From Acidobacteriota bacterium (lineage in GTDB: Bacteria > Acidobacteriota > UBA890 > WLXD01): a stretch of DNA of 64,000 nucleotides. The position numbers were made by a program, and so were the translations under genes. Under the pieces are notes generated by a model. It did no database searches and was not told where the DNA came from. It saw only the letters and a list, made by a program, of their open reading frames with translations. The DNA is taken from assembly GCA_965205505.1 (NCBI GenBank), contig CBDBHB010000009.1, positions 1-64,000 on the forward strand. Direction: 5' to 3'. Numbering within the stretch: position 1 is the stretch's first letter; every line of letters starts with the position of its first letter. Positions 51,143-61,124 of this stretch are shown piece after piece.

Positions 51143-51705
51143 CTACTCGTCCTCGAATGCCACGTGGTCGAACTTCAGTGTTGAGGCGTTTTCTTTGACC
51201 GTGCGCACGAGGTGCTCATCGGCACCCTCCGGCATCTGGACATGGATCTCCATGGCCACCTTGACTCTCGCCCCGGGCAACGCACCGAGATGGCTGATGA
51301 CCTCGTCAGCAATCTGGCCGGCACTCTTGTGGCCTCGATCAGCGTGTCCCGGTCCCGCACGCGCGGCAGGTACAGATAGCGGGAAAACCACTCCGCGAGC
51401 TCCGCGAAGGTGACGTGGTTGCGGCCATCCCACAGGCCGGCGCTCTCGAGCGCCATGCGTAGTCGCGCACCACCCATGGCAGGCATCAACAGCTCCTGCT
51501 GCTGGAGCTTGTTAGCAGTCCGTACCGCCAGCGGCTCGGTGCCTGAGACCTTGACAGCCTCCCATGTAATCTCCCCCACCGGATCGTTCTGGACCTGGGC
51601 TAGCGCCCAGATCCAGGTTGCGGCGATACGGAGCTTCACTGTGCTGTCGGCATCATGCTGTTTCGACTCCGCCTGTGATTTCTGGAACTCATCCAGATTC
51701 AGGCC
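51143..51705 (-). pseudogene. DUF499 ATPase fragments (internal deletion)
   Basis: NLDEFQK.QAE, FSRYLYLPR, then IADEVISHL..VKV..EI..P.G..VRTVKENA.TLKF...FE.E. Confidence 0.75.
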
Positions 51706-52410
51706 GGGGGGAGTCCGACTGTAACCGGACATCTCTCACCCCCGGGGACCCGGCCGGCCCGTGGGGGTGGGGGTCGAGGGGATAGTGGCCGGTGATCCCT
51801 CGACGAGGGTCCGTCTGGGAAGGCGGAGGTGAACGCCGACCCGGGGCCTTGCGTCCGGGTGCAGCGACTCATAGGCCACTGCTATTGAGTGGCCGGCGGC
51901 GACCAGGCCGACGAAGGGGTCGGAACCTTTGGCGAAGTCGGCGACAAGTCCATGATCGGCGATGGCAGCATGAGCCATCTTAGGAGGCGCGGGTGGCTCG
52001 CGCGTTGCAGCGCGGGGGATTTCGGCCGACGAAACCCCCCATCTTAGGGTGCTCGCGCCCCACTTTGGGGACTCGATCGGCCGTGCACCCGAACGCGTTT
52101 CAGCGGGGGGAGTCCGACTGCAACCTGGATACTTGCACGAGCACGGCGGCGCAGCCCCGGCAGGGCGGATCATTGAGGCAGCAGAGCGTGACGGGATCGC
52201 GCGCCGCACGCTTCAACGCTCCCGCAACCGCGCTCGGGGGTCCGGTTCAGGCCTCCCGCTGCGGAAACGTGGACACCGAATCGCACGCCGCTTCGGTCGC
52301 TCATGCTTCAACCGCCCGAGCTGCTCCCGCAGCTCGGTGAGCCAGTGAGGCGTCAGTCAACTTCGCGTCGGCCGAAGGCACGGCAACCGACCACCGAGCC
52401 CCCCGATCGT

Positions 52411-52645
52411 ATTTCCCTGTTCCGGCGCACGGATTTCCCTGTTCGGCCGCAGAAATTCCCTGTTCGCCGCCAGAAAATTCCCTGTTCCGTTGCGTAGGGA
52501 ATTCGGTCCCTAAGCCCCATAATATCAGTGGGTTAAGAGACCTCGATCGGGCCGATTTGGGGCTAAATCGATAAAATTCCCTGTTTTTCCCTGTCTAACA
52601 GGGAAATCGGGCAGAGACGGGTTCGCTCCAGACTGCGCCCACCAG
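52411..52645. repeat. Array of TTCCCTGT(T) boxes
   Basis: Direct copies at 52413, 52435, 52456, 52478, 52577 and 52587; inverted copy at 52597-52605. Confidence 0.85.
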
Positions 52646-52659
52646 CGCCCGATTCGCCG

Positions 52660-52890
52660 TCTGCTCCCACACCTGGCGGGTCTTGTCCAGCTAGTCCCCG
52701 GCCTTGGCTGCCCGGCTCTTGCGCGCCCCGTCCTGCGCCGGGGCCTTGGGGGTTGTGCCGCTTGAACCACTGCTCGGCGCTGCGCGCGATGCCGTCATTG
52801 CCGCGCTCGGAGAACATCAGGTGCGCGTGGGGGTTCCCCCCGTCCTGGCCGCCGCGGTGGAGGGCGAGCGTATAGATGCGTCGATCGTCG
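52660..52890 (-). pseudogene. MobA/MobL (MOBQ) relaxase fragment
   Basis: YTLALH..NPHAHLMFSERGNDGIARSAEQWFKR.N (three-His motif). Confidence 0.8.
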
Positions 52891-52907
52891 GCTTTCATCT
52901 CGCCCGG

Positions 52908-53906
52908 TCAGTGGGCGGCGGCGAGGTACGGGAACTTCTTGGAGAACTCCCCGTCGTTGCCGTCGACGCAGTCGGTCGCTGCCGGGTTGCTGGTCAACAA
53001 CGCCAGGGTGATGTTGGCAACGTCGTCAGCGAGCCCGCGGCCGTTCGGGAACATACTCTCTGCCTGCCGGCTGTACTGCATCACGTCGGGCAGCAGCGCG
53101 GCCACCAGCACCGCGGCGGTCGCTTCGTCGGCGCCGAGCGCCATCACGTTGTTGTTGACCACCGTGCCGAACCTCTTGGGGTCGTTGTGGGGCCTCTTGT
53201 TCTTGTTGAAGGCGTTCTGGTTCTTTTTCAATGGCCCCACCAAAAACAGGTTGATGAACGGACGGCCCATGCGGTCGATCTGCTTGTTACCTATCTGCAC
53301 TGAGCCCCAGAAGTTCACCCCGGGCAGCACATCTAGCCCGACGCTGCCGTTCGGTATGTCAAGGATGATCGCCATCACGTTGGCGTTGGAGAAAAAGTCG
53401 AAACCCACACCCCCCGGACAGAACGCCAGCCCGTTCTGCGCCGCCAGCAGATCAAAGTAGAAGGGATCGTCGAACATCCCTGCATTCGCCCGACCGCCGC
53501 CGTCGAGCCGGATTGGCCGCCGCCCATATGAGCCTGAGCCCATCTCTACGCCATCGAGGCTGACCTGCATGTTGTCACCATCGAAGGCCACCGCCCACTG
53601 GCGGTCGACCTTGAAGTCTCCGTCGTTGTCGAAGTTGAAGATGTAGTGGGCCTCGTCGTTGAACTCCGCCGGGCTCAATAGGCCCGCGAGCGGGGCCACG
53701 GTCATGATCAGCGTCGTTTCTCTCTTCTTCTTCTGGGCCGGGAAGATGTAGACATCGCCGATGTCAGTGCGGCCGTCCTTGAGGACGCTGGGCGAGTCGA
53801 AGTGGTCACCTGCCCTCAACGGGCGAACGTCGAGCCCCGCGATCACAAGCGCGGCTACGGCGATCGTCGGAACGGCTGCGGTGAACACAACACTTGCCTT
53901 GCGCAT
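52908..53906 (-). CDS. DUF4331 family secreted protein
   Basis: DHFDSP..TDIGDVYIF, DDPFYFD, QIDRMGRP, PNGRGLADDV, FPYLA. Confidence 0.88.
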   Translation of the reverse strand: MRKASVVFTAAVPTIAVAALVIAGLDVRPLRAGDHFDSPSVLKDGRTDIGDVYIFPAQKKKRETTLIMTVAPLAGLLSPAEFNDEAHYIFNFDNDGDFKVDRQWAVAFDGDNMQVSLDGVEMGSGSYGRRPIRLDGGGRANAGMFDDPFYFDLLAAQNGLAFCPGGVGFDFFSNANVMAIILDIPNGSVGLDVLPGVNFWGSVQIGNKQIDRMGRPFINLFLVGPLKKNQNAFNKNKRPHNDPKRFGTVVNNNVMALGADEATAAVLVAALLPDVMQYSRQAESMFPNGRGLADDVANITLALLTSNPAATDCVDGNDGEFSKKFPYLAAAH

Positions 53907-53986
53907 AAACGTTCACTCCTGGTTCAGCGGCGGGGTCTCATTCCTAAGCCACGCGGAACCTTAGGAGAATGGAACGTCGTGCCGCG

Positions 53987-54002
53987 CCCTCAATATTGAG
54001 GG
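53987..54002. promoter_or_regulatory. Perfect 16-bp palindrome CCCTCAATATTGAGGG, candidate operator
   Basis: About 80 bp upstream of the DUF4331 gene, near a LuxR-type regulator gene. Confidence 0.45.
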
Positions 54003-54415
54003 GTTCGGCAAGATTTCTGGAAGACTCAGAGAGGAACATACGGCGGTACGGCCCGCGTCGGACTGCGCGACGCTCCCTGCCGGCCGAAATCAGCTTGTCC
54101 ACGCTCGGTCGGAGGCTGGAGGCACCGCCCGATCGGACCCGGTCCTATGATTCATTCCGATGCGACGCACTGCAGCCGGTCAATAAACAGGATCCTGCGT
54201 CCTAAGTGGGGCACATCCCCGCATTCAGTCCCAGTCGCGGCGAAGCGAATCCCGACAGCCACATCACCCTGCGCCTACCCAGGTCGCCGTGACTCGACCG
54301 AGTCGGCTGTGGTCCTAGACCGGTGGGTGACGACATCGCACGCCTGCTGTGGGATCTCTGAGGAGATATCGGCAGCACGGTCGAAGTCAGTGCTGACAGA
54401 GCGCTCCTGTCGACT

Positions 54416-55567
54416 TCAAGGCCGAGCGTGGGGAGCGCCCGCCACCGATAGCACTAACTGTACAAGGTCCCCTTGCCGCGTGAGGCCATGCTTGGTGAAG
54501 ATCTGCCTCACGTGCCAACGGATGGTGCTTACCCTGCGGCCCGTCGCCGAGGCGATTTCACGGACGGTCTTGCCTTCGGCCAGCAACACGACCACCCGGC
54601 TCTCCATCGGCGTAAGGCCGAGAACTACCGTTACGAGACCCGTATCAATACGCGTCCCTCTTCCAGCGTCCACAACCAGCACGAGCGCCGCGACCGGCCA
54701 AGCGCGGAACTCCCTCTCCCGGCTGTCGACCGGGGTGATGTGCAACATAAGCGGCGGCAGAGCCGCCGAGCGCCTCACCATCATCGAGCCGCCGGTGCCC
54801 TCAGCCCCGAATGACGGCAGCGCGCGCGTCAACAGTCCCTGAAGATCGTCATTGTCCGCCGACGAGCGGGCAAACAGGAAACCGCCCTCGTCGAACAGGC
54901 CGTCAGCGGTTCGCAGCAGGTCCCGGGCACGGTCGTTGGCCGCTATGATCCGCCCGCGCGAGTCCAACTGGACGATCCCGGACCCCTTGGTGGAGAGCAA
55001 CTCGTCGAACGACGCACCTAGGGCTCCGGCCCCGGCCAGCATCTGTCGGACGCTCACGTATTGGCGCATATGAGGCAATAGACGCCGGATCAATTCAGTC
55101 TGGGCCGACGACCAGCCGTCCGCGTCAATGGGGTCATTGATGACCCAGACGATGCGCGTGCCGTTGGGGCCATCCAGGCGCACGTTGAGACCCTTCTGGA
55201 CATGGGCCAAGTGCAGGAACTCGTTATAGGCCGGGGAGGTCTTCAACTCCTTGTCGGTGTAGAGGTCTGCGGTGTGGACCAGTTGGCTATCGGGCAGGTT
55301 CCGGAGTCGCGGCGCACGTTCGTCCACGGGGTAGTAGGTGTCGAAGTACTCGCGCTCCAATTCTTCGTGGCGTTGCCCGCCGCGAAAGTACCCGGCAGAG
55401 AATATCTGGATGCCTTGTTCGGGGCTTCCTGAGCCGAACACCAGGCTGTGGCCCTTCGCGCGGACCGCGTCATCTATAAGGGCGGAGGCGGCTGGCCAGT
55501 GGGCGTCGTCGAGCGCGGCTTCGTGCAACGATGCCAGGATGCGATCGAATGTGTCTCCTTTGTTCAT
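54416..55567 (-). CDS. LuxR-type HTH regulator with GAF/PAS-like sensor region
   Basis: GLTPMESRVVVLLAEGKTVREIA..STIRWHVRQIF.K. Confidence 0.9.
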   Translation of the reverse strand: MNKGDTFDRILASLHEAALDDAHWPAASALIDDAVRAKGHSLVFGSGSPEQGIQIFSAGYFRGGQRHEELEREYFDTYYPVDERAPRLRNLPDSQLVHTADLYTDKELKTSPAYNEFLHLAHVQKGLNVRLDGPNGTRIVWVINDPIDADGWSSAQTELIRRLLPHMRQYVSVRQMLAGAGALGASFDELLSTKGSGIVQLDSRGRIIAANDRARDLLRTADGLFDEGGFLFARSSADNDDLQGLLTRALPSFGAEGTGGSMMVRRSAALPPLMLHITPVDSREREFRAWPVAALVLVVDAGRGTRIDTGLVTVVLGLTPMESRVVVLLAEGKTVREIASATGRRVSTIRWHVRQIFTKHGLTRQGDLVQLVLSVAGAPHARP

Positions 55568-55735
55568 GACGGTGCCTTTATCGCAGGATTTTCCTTCGGG
55601 CACACTCCTGACTCAATCATCTCCGACGGCTAGCGCTCTTCCTTGCTGCACCGAATAAGCTACCGCCACCGCTGGAGATACTATCGCCGAAGCAGGGACG
55701 AACTAGGCACCGCCGAGATACATGGCGTCCATGCC

Positions 55736-57001
55736 TCAGAGTCTGCGGCAGCGCACCGCCAGGGATTGGAGGCCTCGGATGATGAGGCTCTTGCGAAACC
55801 GCGGGTGATCCTCAAGTAGGCTCATCGACTTGAACCGGTCGAGCAGTATCTCGAGAACGATCCGGCCTTCCAAACGCGCTAGCAGGGCGCCGAGGCAATG
55901 GTGGATCCCGCTCCCGAAAGAGAGGTGCGAACCCTGGTGGCGATCAACATCGAGCCGGTCCGGATTCTCGAACACGTCCGGATCCCGGTTGGCTGCGCCC
56001 AGAAGAAGGACGACATTGTCACGTTCTCGCAGCGGAGAGCCGTTGACCTCGCAGTCCGCGAGCACACGCCGAAAATCCACCTGCGCCGGAGAGTCGAAGC
56101 GCAGCAGTTCCTCCACGGCCGCCGGGATCAGGCTCGGGTCTTCCCGGAGCCGTTGAAGCTGTTCGGGATGCCGAAGCAGGGCCAGGATGCCGTTTCCGAT
56201 CAGGTTTACGGTGGTCTCGTTGCCGGCGCTGAGCAGAAGCCGAAGCATGTTCAGCGTCTCGCGTTCGCTCAAATGTACGCTTTCGTCCTGCGCTCGCACC
56301 AGAGTGCTTACGATGTCGTCGCGCGGCTCGGCGCGCCGCTCCTCGATGATCGGTCGGAAATAGGCGTCGAACGCCCGCGAGGCCGCCGCGCCGGCCTTAC
56401 GTTCGCGCGCACCGATCATCGGGTCCAGCAGTCGCGCACGCTGCTCCGACCAGATCATGAATTGTGCCCTGTCTTCAGCCGGAACGCCCAGCATCTCGGC
56501 GATGACGATCACTGGCAGGGGCCGGGCCACTGCCTGCATAAAGTCGAACGCCGTCGGGTCGTCGATGTCGTCCAGCAGGGCCCCCAGAATGGCGCGGATG
56601 CGGGACTCAAGCGCGTTGACCGCCCTCGGGGTAAACGCCGTCCTGACGACCGCCCGCAGCCGCGTGTGGTCCGGTGGGTCCAGAAGCAGCATCGTGAACT
56701 CGTCCGGCGGCGACAGCATGGCCAGCTGTCGAGACGATAGCGTGCCCTTGCGTGGGTCATTGCCGAAGCGCTGGTGGTCGCGCAAGATGGCTTCCACATC
56801 GGCGTAGCGGGTGAACAGCCAGGCATTGAACAAGCGGCTCCGGTGCACCGGAGCCCGGGCTCGCAGAGCCGCATAGACGGGATACGGATCCTGGGCCATC
56901 TGGGCCGACAGCGGGTTATACGCTACGCCGCTCTGCCAACGTTCCCGCAGGAGCACTGCGTTGGCGACTGCAGAACGTATCGCCTCGCCAACCGGAAACA
57001 T
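55736..57001 (-). CDS. Cytochrome P450
   Basis: DPPDHTRLR, AGNETT, EELLR, HLSFGSGIHHCLG. Confidence 0.97.
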   Translation of the reverse strand: MFPVGEAIRSAVANAVLLRERWQSGVAYNPLSAQMAQDPYPVYAALRARAPVHRSRLFNAWLFTRYADVEAILRDHQRFGNDPRKGTLSSRQLAMLSPPDEFTMLLLDPPDHTRLRAVVRTAFTPRAVNALESRIRAILGALLDDIDDPTAFDFMQAVARPLPVIVIAEMLGVPAEDRAQFMIWSEQRARLLDPMIGARERKAGAAASRAFDAYFRPIIEERRAEPRDDIVSTLVRAQDESVHLSERETLNMLRLLLSAGNETTVNLIGNGILALLRHPEQLQRLREDPSLIPAAVEELLRFDSPAQVDFRRVLADCEVNGSPLRERDNVVLLLGAANRDPDVFENPDRLDVDRHQGSHLSFGSGIHHCLGALLARLEGRIVLEILLDRFKSMSLLEDHPRFRKSLIIRGLQSLAVRCRRL

Positions 57002-57209
57002 CACCGATCCCTCGCAATTGGCGCCCAGAAACCTGCGTACCGGTGGCGCGAGGGGCTCCTTCAGCGACCTGAAGCGCGCAAAGCGGTGGCGACCGATCCG
57101 CGCGACCCCTTGAGATCCCGATAGCATCGCCACGCGGCGCGTGCGGGCACGCAGATCGTCATCCGATAAGGACGGACCCACCATATAGCATCGCCACGCG
57201 GCACGCCTT

Positions 57210-58018
57210 GGCTGGGCCGTGCACCCGGTTCTCGTCCGGCGCGAACAGAATTGGCGTGGCGCGCCCGAACTCCCGGTAAACAGTGGCCTCGGCGGACGTT
57301 AGCTGATGAACAGCGCGCGTACCAAGCAGGTAAGCCTCGCTGGCTCTTGGCTCCCAGGCCTGCTCGCAGACTACGCCCAGGTTGAGGGAATGCTGGATCT
57401 CAGCTATGGAACGGAGGGGTTCAACGCGACAGGCAAGGTCAGCCTGAATGGAGCTATCGTGGATGGTCAGGTGATCTGCCAAGGGCGGGTCGGCCGCGAT
57501 GCCGACGTGAGCGAGCGCGACTTGGTTCGCGGTGCGAACCCGGTACCAAGTGGGAGAGTTGCGGAGCCCAGCCGAGTCGCGTTTGCCGCGGATGGCCTAC
57601 GAGCGCGAGGAGGCGTTCACGTGGGTGGCGAGAAGGGCGTGGTTTTCGACGGGCAACTACGCTTCATTGGTTGCCGGAGCGATCAATTCCACATCTCCAA
57701 CGCAAGATTCGTTCACGAGAATGGTACAGCCATATTGGCGCAGCAGGCCTGGATCGAGGGCTCCTTGGTTCTCGACCGCGTCACAACGAAGGGGCCTGTG
57801 TTGCTGGACTCGTGCAATGTTAGGGACAGACCTTATCGTCAAGGGCTGCCGATTCCGCAGGAACGCAAGCTGTGAGAACCACCTGGTCAGCATTTCATTA
57901 GGTCTGTTCGGGACCTCGGTAAGTGGGGAGATCAGCGTTAGCGGCTCAGTCTTCGACGGACAGGTCTCGCTTGTCGGCAGCCGGGTTGGCAGAGCAGTTC
58001 GCCTCGACGATGTCGAAG
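57210..58018. pseudogene. Rearranged partial duplicate of the 33840-35765 gene
   Basis: About 57210-57306 is an inverted copy of about 33850-33960; 57307-58018 is a direct copy of about 34164-34876 with a frameshift near 57820. Confidence 0.9.
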
Positions 58019-58095
58019 ATGCCGAAGTCGTCCGCCGGATGCGATCGAGTGCCCGGTATCAGCGGTGGCGCGCCGCGATCCTCCGAGACGAGCCA
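58015..58095 (+). pseudogene. Third HNH N-terminal fragment
   Basis: DAEVVRRMRSSARYQRWRAAILRDEP versus DPEVIRRMRWTRRYRRWRAGILRNEP at 13366. Confidence 0.8.
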
Positions 58096-58210
58096 CCTGG
58101 CGCGACACGGTGGTCCGGACCTCGACTGCTGGCGAGCGTACCCGGCTCAACCGCGGCACTCCTGAGCTCGGCGAGAACGACAAGATCGTCCGGCGCGAAT
58201 ACCGGATGAG

Positions 58211-58585
58211 TCAGCGCCGCTGGTATGGGTGCAACGGCCGGAACAGATTCAAATAGCGATATTCCCATAGGGCCGCGTGTGATCTCTCCGACCGGATCAA
58301 CTGCGCTAACTGATCTTCCTGTTCTCGGGGCAGTGACAGGCCGCCTGGCAGTTCTAGGTCCTCCGCGTTTGATAGGTCTGGTGACGTGTCTGCTATGGTG
58401 GGCGCCTCCTCTGATCTCCGACGTTGCGAAACACTGACCTCGCTACCACCGGGTAGTCTGATGTGCGCGACGCGAGCCATCAGTTGCCGTATGTCCGTGT
58501 GAAAGATGAGGATGATCACGACGACGGCGACCGGAATCGACAGCAGGACCGCCAAGTAGTCGAGTATGAGCAGGGAGATATCCAT
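58211..58585 (-). CDS. Membrane-anchored hypothetical protein, probably 3'-truncated
   Basis: N-terminal TM followed by I.LPGG.EV; RBS-like GGAGG upstream. Confidence 0.5.
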   Translation of the reverse strand: MDISLLILDYLAVLLSIPVAVVVIILIFHTDIRQLMARVAHIRLPGGSEVSVSQRRRSEEAPTIADTSPDLSNAEDLELPGGLSLPREQEDQLAQLIRSERSHAALWEYRYLNLFRPLHPYQRR

Positions 58586-58739
58586 CTACACGGTGGGTCC
58601 TCCGCCGAGCAGTTATGGTCACATTCTAAATTGTGAGTACAGCGGCCACTTGCACTTGAAGTCAAGGAAGGCTTGTCTCGCATAGTGTTCGGCAATGCCT
58701 GCCCGGTTCATGATCTCGCCGTCAAGACTGTCATGGCCC

Positions 58740-58975
58740 GGAGCGCCGCGTGGGCGCCGGCAAGGACGGCTCCGCCGACATTCGTGCGTTCCAGGCCGAG
58801 ATTCTCGACGGCCACCTGCGTACCCATCGGTCGCTTCTCACGGAGAAGCCATCTACGAATGCAACATCGGCCACGACACGAACGGCAACCCTCGACTGGG
58901 CAAGAGCCGCACGCGAGGACGGATCGAGGCACTGTAAGCCGCTGTTCTGGCGGTAGGATTGGGGCGCCGGTGGCG
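58740..58975 (+). pseudogene. Phage terminase large-subunit C-terminal relic
   Basis: Joined frames: GKDGSADIRAFQAEILDG..AIYECNIGHDTNGNPRLGKSRTRGRIEAL*AAVLAVG; one frameshift and one in-frame stop. Confidence 0.6.
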
Positions 58976-59187
58976 CTTGCCGTCTCCGGACCGCACAGTG
59001 TCCGTAGCCCACACGACTACGTGCTCACCGAGCAGCTCTACACTTGAGGGGCGAGGCCGAAGCCGTCCGCGGGTATCGGTTCGCTGCCGAGCAGGGCAAC
59101 GCCGATGCCCAGTGTGTACCTCGCGTTCATGTACACGCGCTCGTCTCTTATTCCACAGCCGCGGGTTTACGCAAAGGATGAGTTACT

Positions 59188-59997
59188 GTGACAGAGTTAC
59201 ACGTGGTGAGCTGGAACATCGGCCTCCGCGACGCGCCGATGCGAACACTCAGGGGATCCGGCTACGATGTGGCGTTGCTCCAGGAGACACGCCTGCCCGA
59301 GGATACGTGGGAGCGGGAACACTACGACCGCGGCACGGCGGTGCTGGGACTCTCGGCACGAGTCAAACTCCTCAAGCTGAGAAGCATCCCGCAGGGCCGT
59401 AGACCGGGACGAGACGAAGTCGCGGTGAGCGCTCCCGGCACGATCGCTGCCGCCCACATCATCCCCGAGACCGGAGAACCCTTCATTGCCGTCTCGCTCT
59501 ACGCGCGGTGGGAAAGACCGCATCCACTCACCCCGAGCAGTTGGGGCGTCGGCTACTCCGACGCGATGGCACATCGTGCCATTTCGGATCTGAGCGCGTT
59601 CATCGGCCACGAGGATCCGACGAAACATCGACTCTTGGTCGCGGGTGACTTCAACCTCATCCACGGGGCGACCGACACGAATCCCCTGGCGCTCCCGGAG
59701 CGTGACCGGAGCGTGTTCGAGCGGCTCGATGCGCTCGGCCTCAAGTTTATGGGGCCGCAACACCCGAACGGCAGAAGCGCGGATCCGACGCCACAGGGCC
59801 TCGCGCCGAACACGCGGAACGTTCCGACCTACTACACGAGCCACCAGAAGCCGCGGACAGCAGCGAACCAGCTGGACTATGTGTTCGCGTCGCGGGGATT
59901 TCACCGAAGGGTCCAGACGCGTGCGCTCAATACACCCCAAGAGTGGGGACCTAGCGACCATTGCCGGATTGCCATCGACGTCGACGTGTTCGCATAG
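59188..59997 (+). CDS. EEP family nuclease/phosphatase
   Basis: VSWNI, ALLQE, VAGDFN, QLDYVF, SDHC. Confidence 0.9.
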   Translation: MTELHVVSWNIGLRDAPMRTLRGSGYDVALLQETRLPEDTWEREHYDRGTAVLGLSARVKLLKLRSIPQGRRPGRDEVAVSAPGTIAAAHIIPETGEPFIAVSLYARWERPHPLTPSSWGVGYSDAMAHRAISDLSAFIGHEDPTKHRLLVAGDFNLIHGATDTNPLALPERDRSVFERLDALGLKFMGPQHPNGRSADPTPQGLAPNTRNVPTYYTSHQKPRTAANQLDYVFASRGFHRRVQTRALNTPQEWGPSDHCRIAIDVDVFA

Positions 59998-60480
59998 ATT
60001 CAGGACTCGAAGGAGTAGAGGAACCACTGCGTATGCTCACGGAGCTGCCGGTGTTCGTGCACCTGTTCCGGGACGTTTTCTGCGCCGGCACGGCGGGCCA
60101 CTCGCTACGCATCGGTGTGGCCAGGACCTTGCCGCCGCGAGCGCTTCGCTGGTTGAAATGTAAGCAGGCCGGTGGCTCTCGCCCACAATGCCGGTTCGCT
60201 ACGCACGCGGACAGCTCGCCTCGCGCGGGTTGCGGTCGCTAGGTTACGCTGCAGCCAGTACAAGAGGTCGAGAATGACGATCGAGCTCGGCGGGTTCCAT
60301 CGGTTTGGCCTCCTTGATGATTAGGCTGTTCACGTGGCTGCGCCAGGACGTAGCAGGCGTCGAATCCAGGCTAAGGTGAATGGATCGATGCCCCGTGGAG
60401 CACGGGCAATCCGAGTTGCGCGAGCGCATGGCGAAGCTCGCAGGGCTACGTGAAGCGATCACGGGCCGACGGGCCGCTAC

Positions 60481-61086
60481 TTGACGCTCGGGGCGAACTC
60501 GCCTCTCGGGGAGGTCTCGAGGCAGATGGAGGACATGCGAGCCGGGAAGGATTCTACCAGACGGAAGTCTCTCTCACGGGCCTGGACCGCGGTGGAGGCC
60601 GATGATCTCTGGGCTTTTCTAATCCGCTCAAGAGTCCGCGGAGCCCTCCGCGGTCAGCCCGCTGGCTCGGCGAGCGCCGGCCGTGCTGCGCTCCGCCGTC
60701 TGAAGCTCTCAGACTTCGGTAGGTGCACCAGCCAGGCGGCCTTCAACAAGCGACTCGACAAAGCGACCACCTCAGTTCGTCATGCCCTGGCTTCAGAATC
60801 CTGGGGCTGGGCACGCAAGTGCATCAACATGTGCTTGCGAGACGCCCTGTACAATGTCTACTTGCGCGCCGAATTTGATCTGGGCCACGTGGAGCCGTGG
60901 GCCGAGTTGCCGCTGGACAACGAGGTGGCAGCTCGGTTGCGACAGCGCGAGCCGGATCTTCCCGGCGCCTTCGCGGTGTCGGGCGTCACGCCGGCCCAGC
61001 ATGCGCGATTCCAGACGGTGGCTACGCGCTGGGCCGAAGAGCTGTGCACCTGCCGGGTTCATCTGGACATACTGATTTGGAAGTAG
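60481..61086 (+). CDS. Alpha-helical hypothetical protein; start uncertain
   Basis: WGWARKCINMCLRD..ELPLD..FQ..A..RVHLD...W. Confidence 0.6.
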   Translation: MTLGANSPLGEVSRQMEDMRAGKDSTRRKSLSRAWTAVEADDLWAFLIRSRVRGALRGQPAGSASAGRAALRRLKLSDFGRCTSQAAFNKRLDKATTSVRHALASESWGWARKCINMCLRDALYNVYLRAEFDLGHVEPWAELPLDNEVAARLRQREPDLPGAFAVSGVTPAQHARFQTVATRWAEELCTCRVHLDILIWK

Positions 61087-61124
61087 CAGATTTTGTTCCA
61101 ACCAACTGACAGGGAGCAGGAGCC

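Noticed and set aside
33840-58018. Diversity-generating retroelement TR/VR pair
   Set aside because: No reverse transcriptase, the repeat is too long, and the differences are not adenine-specific.
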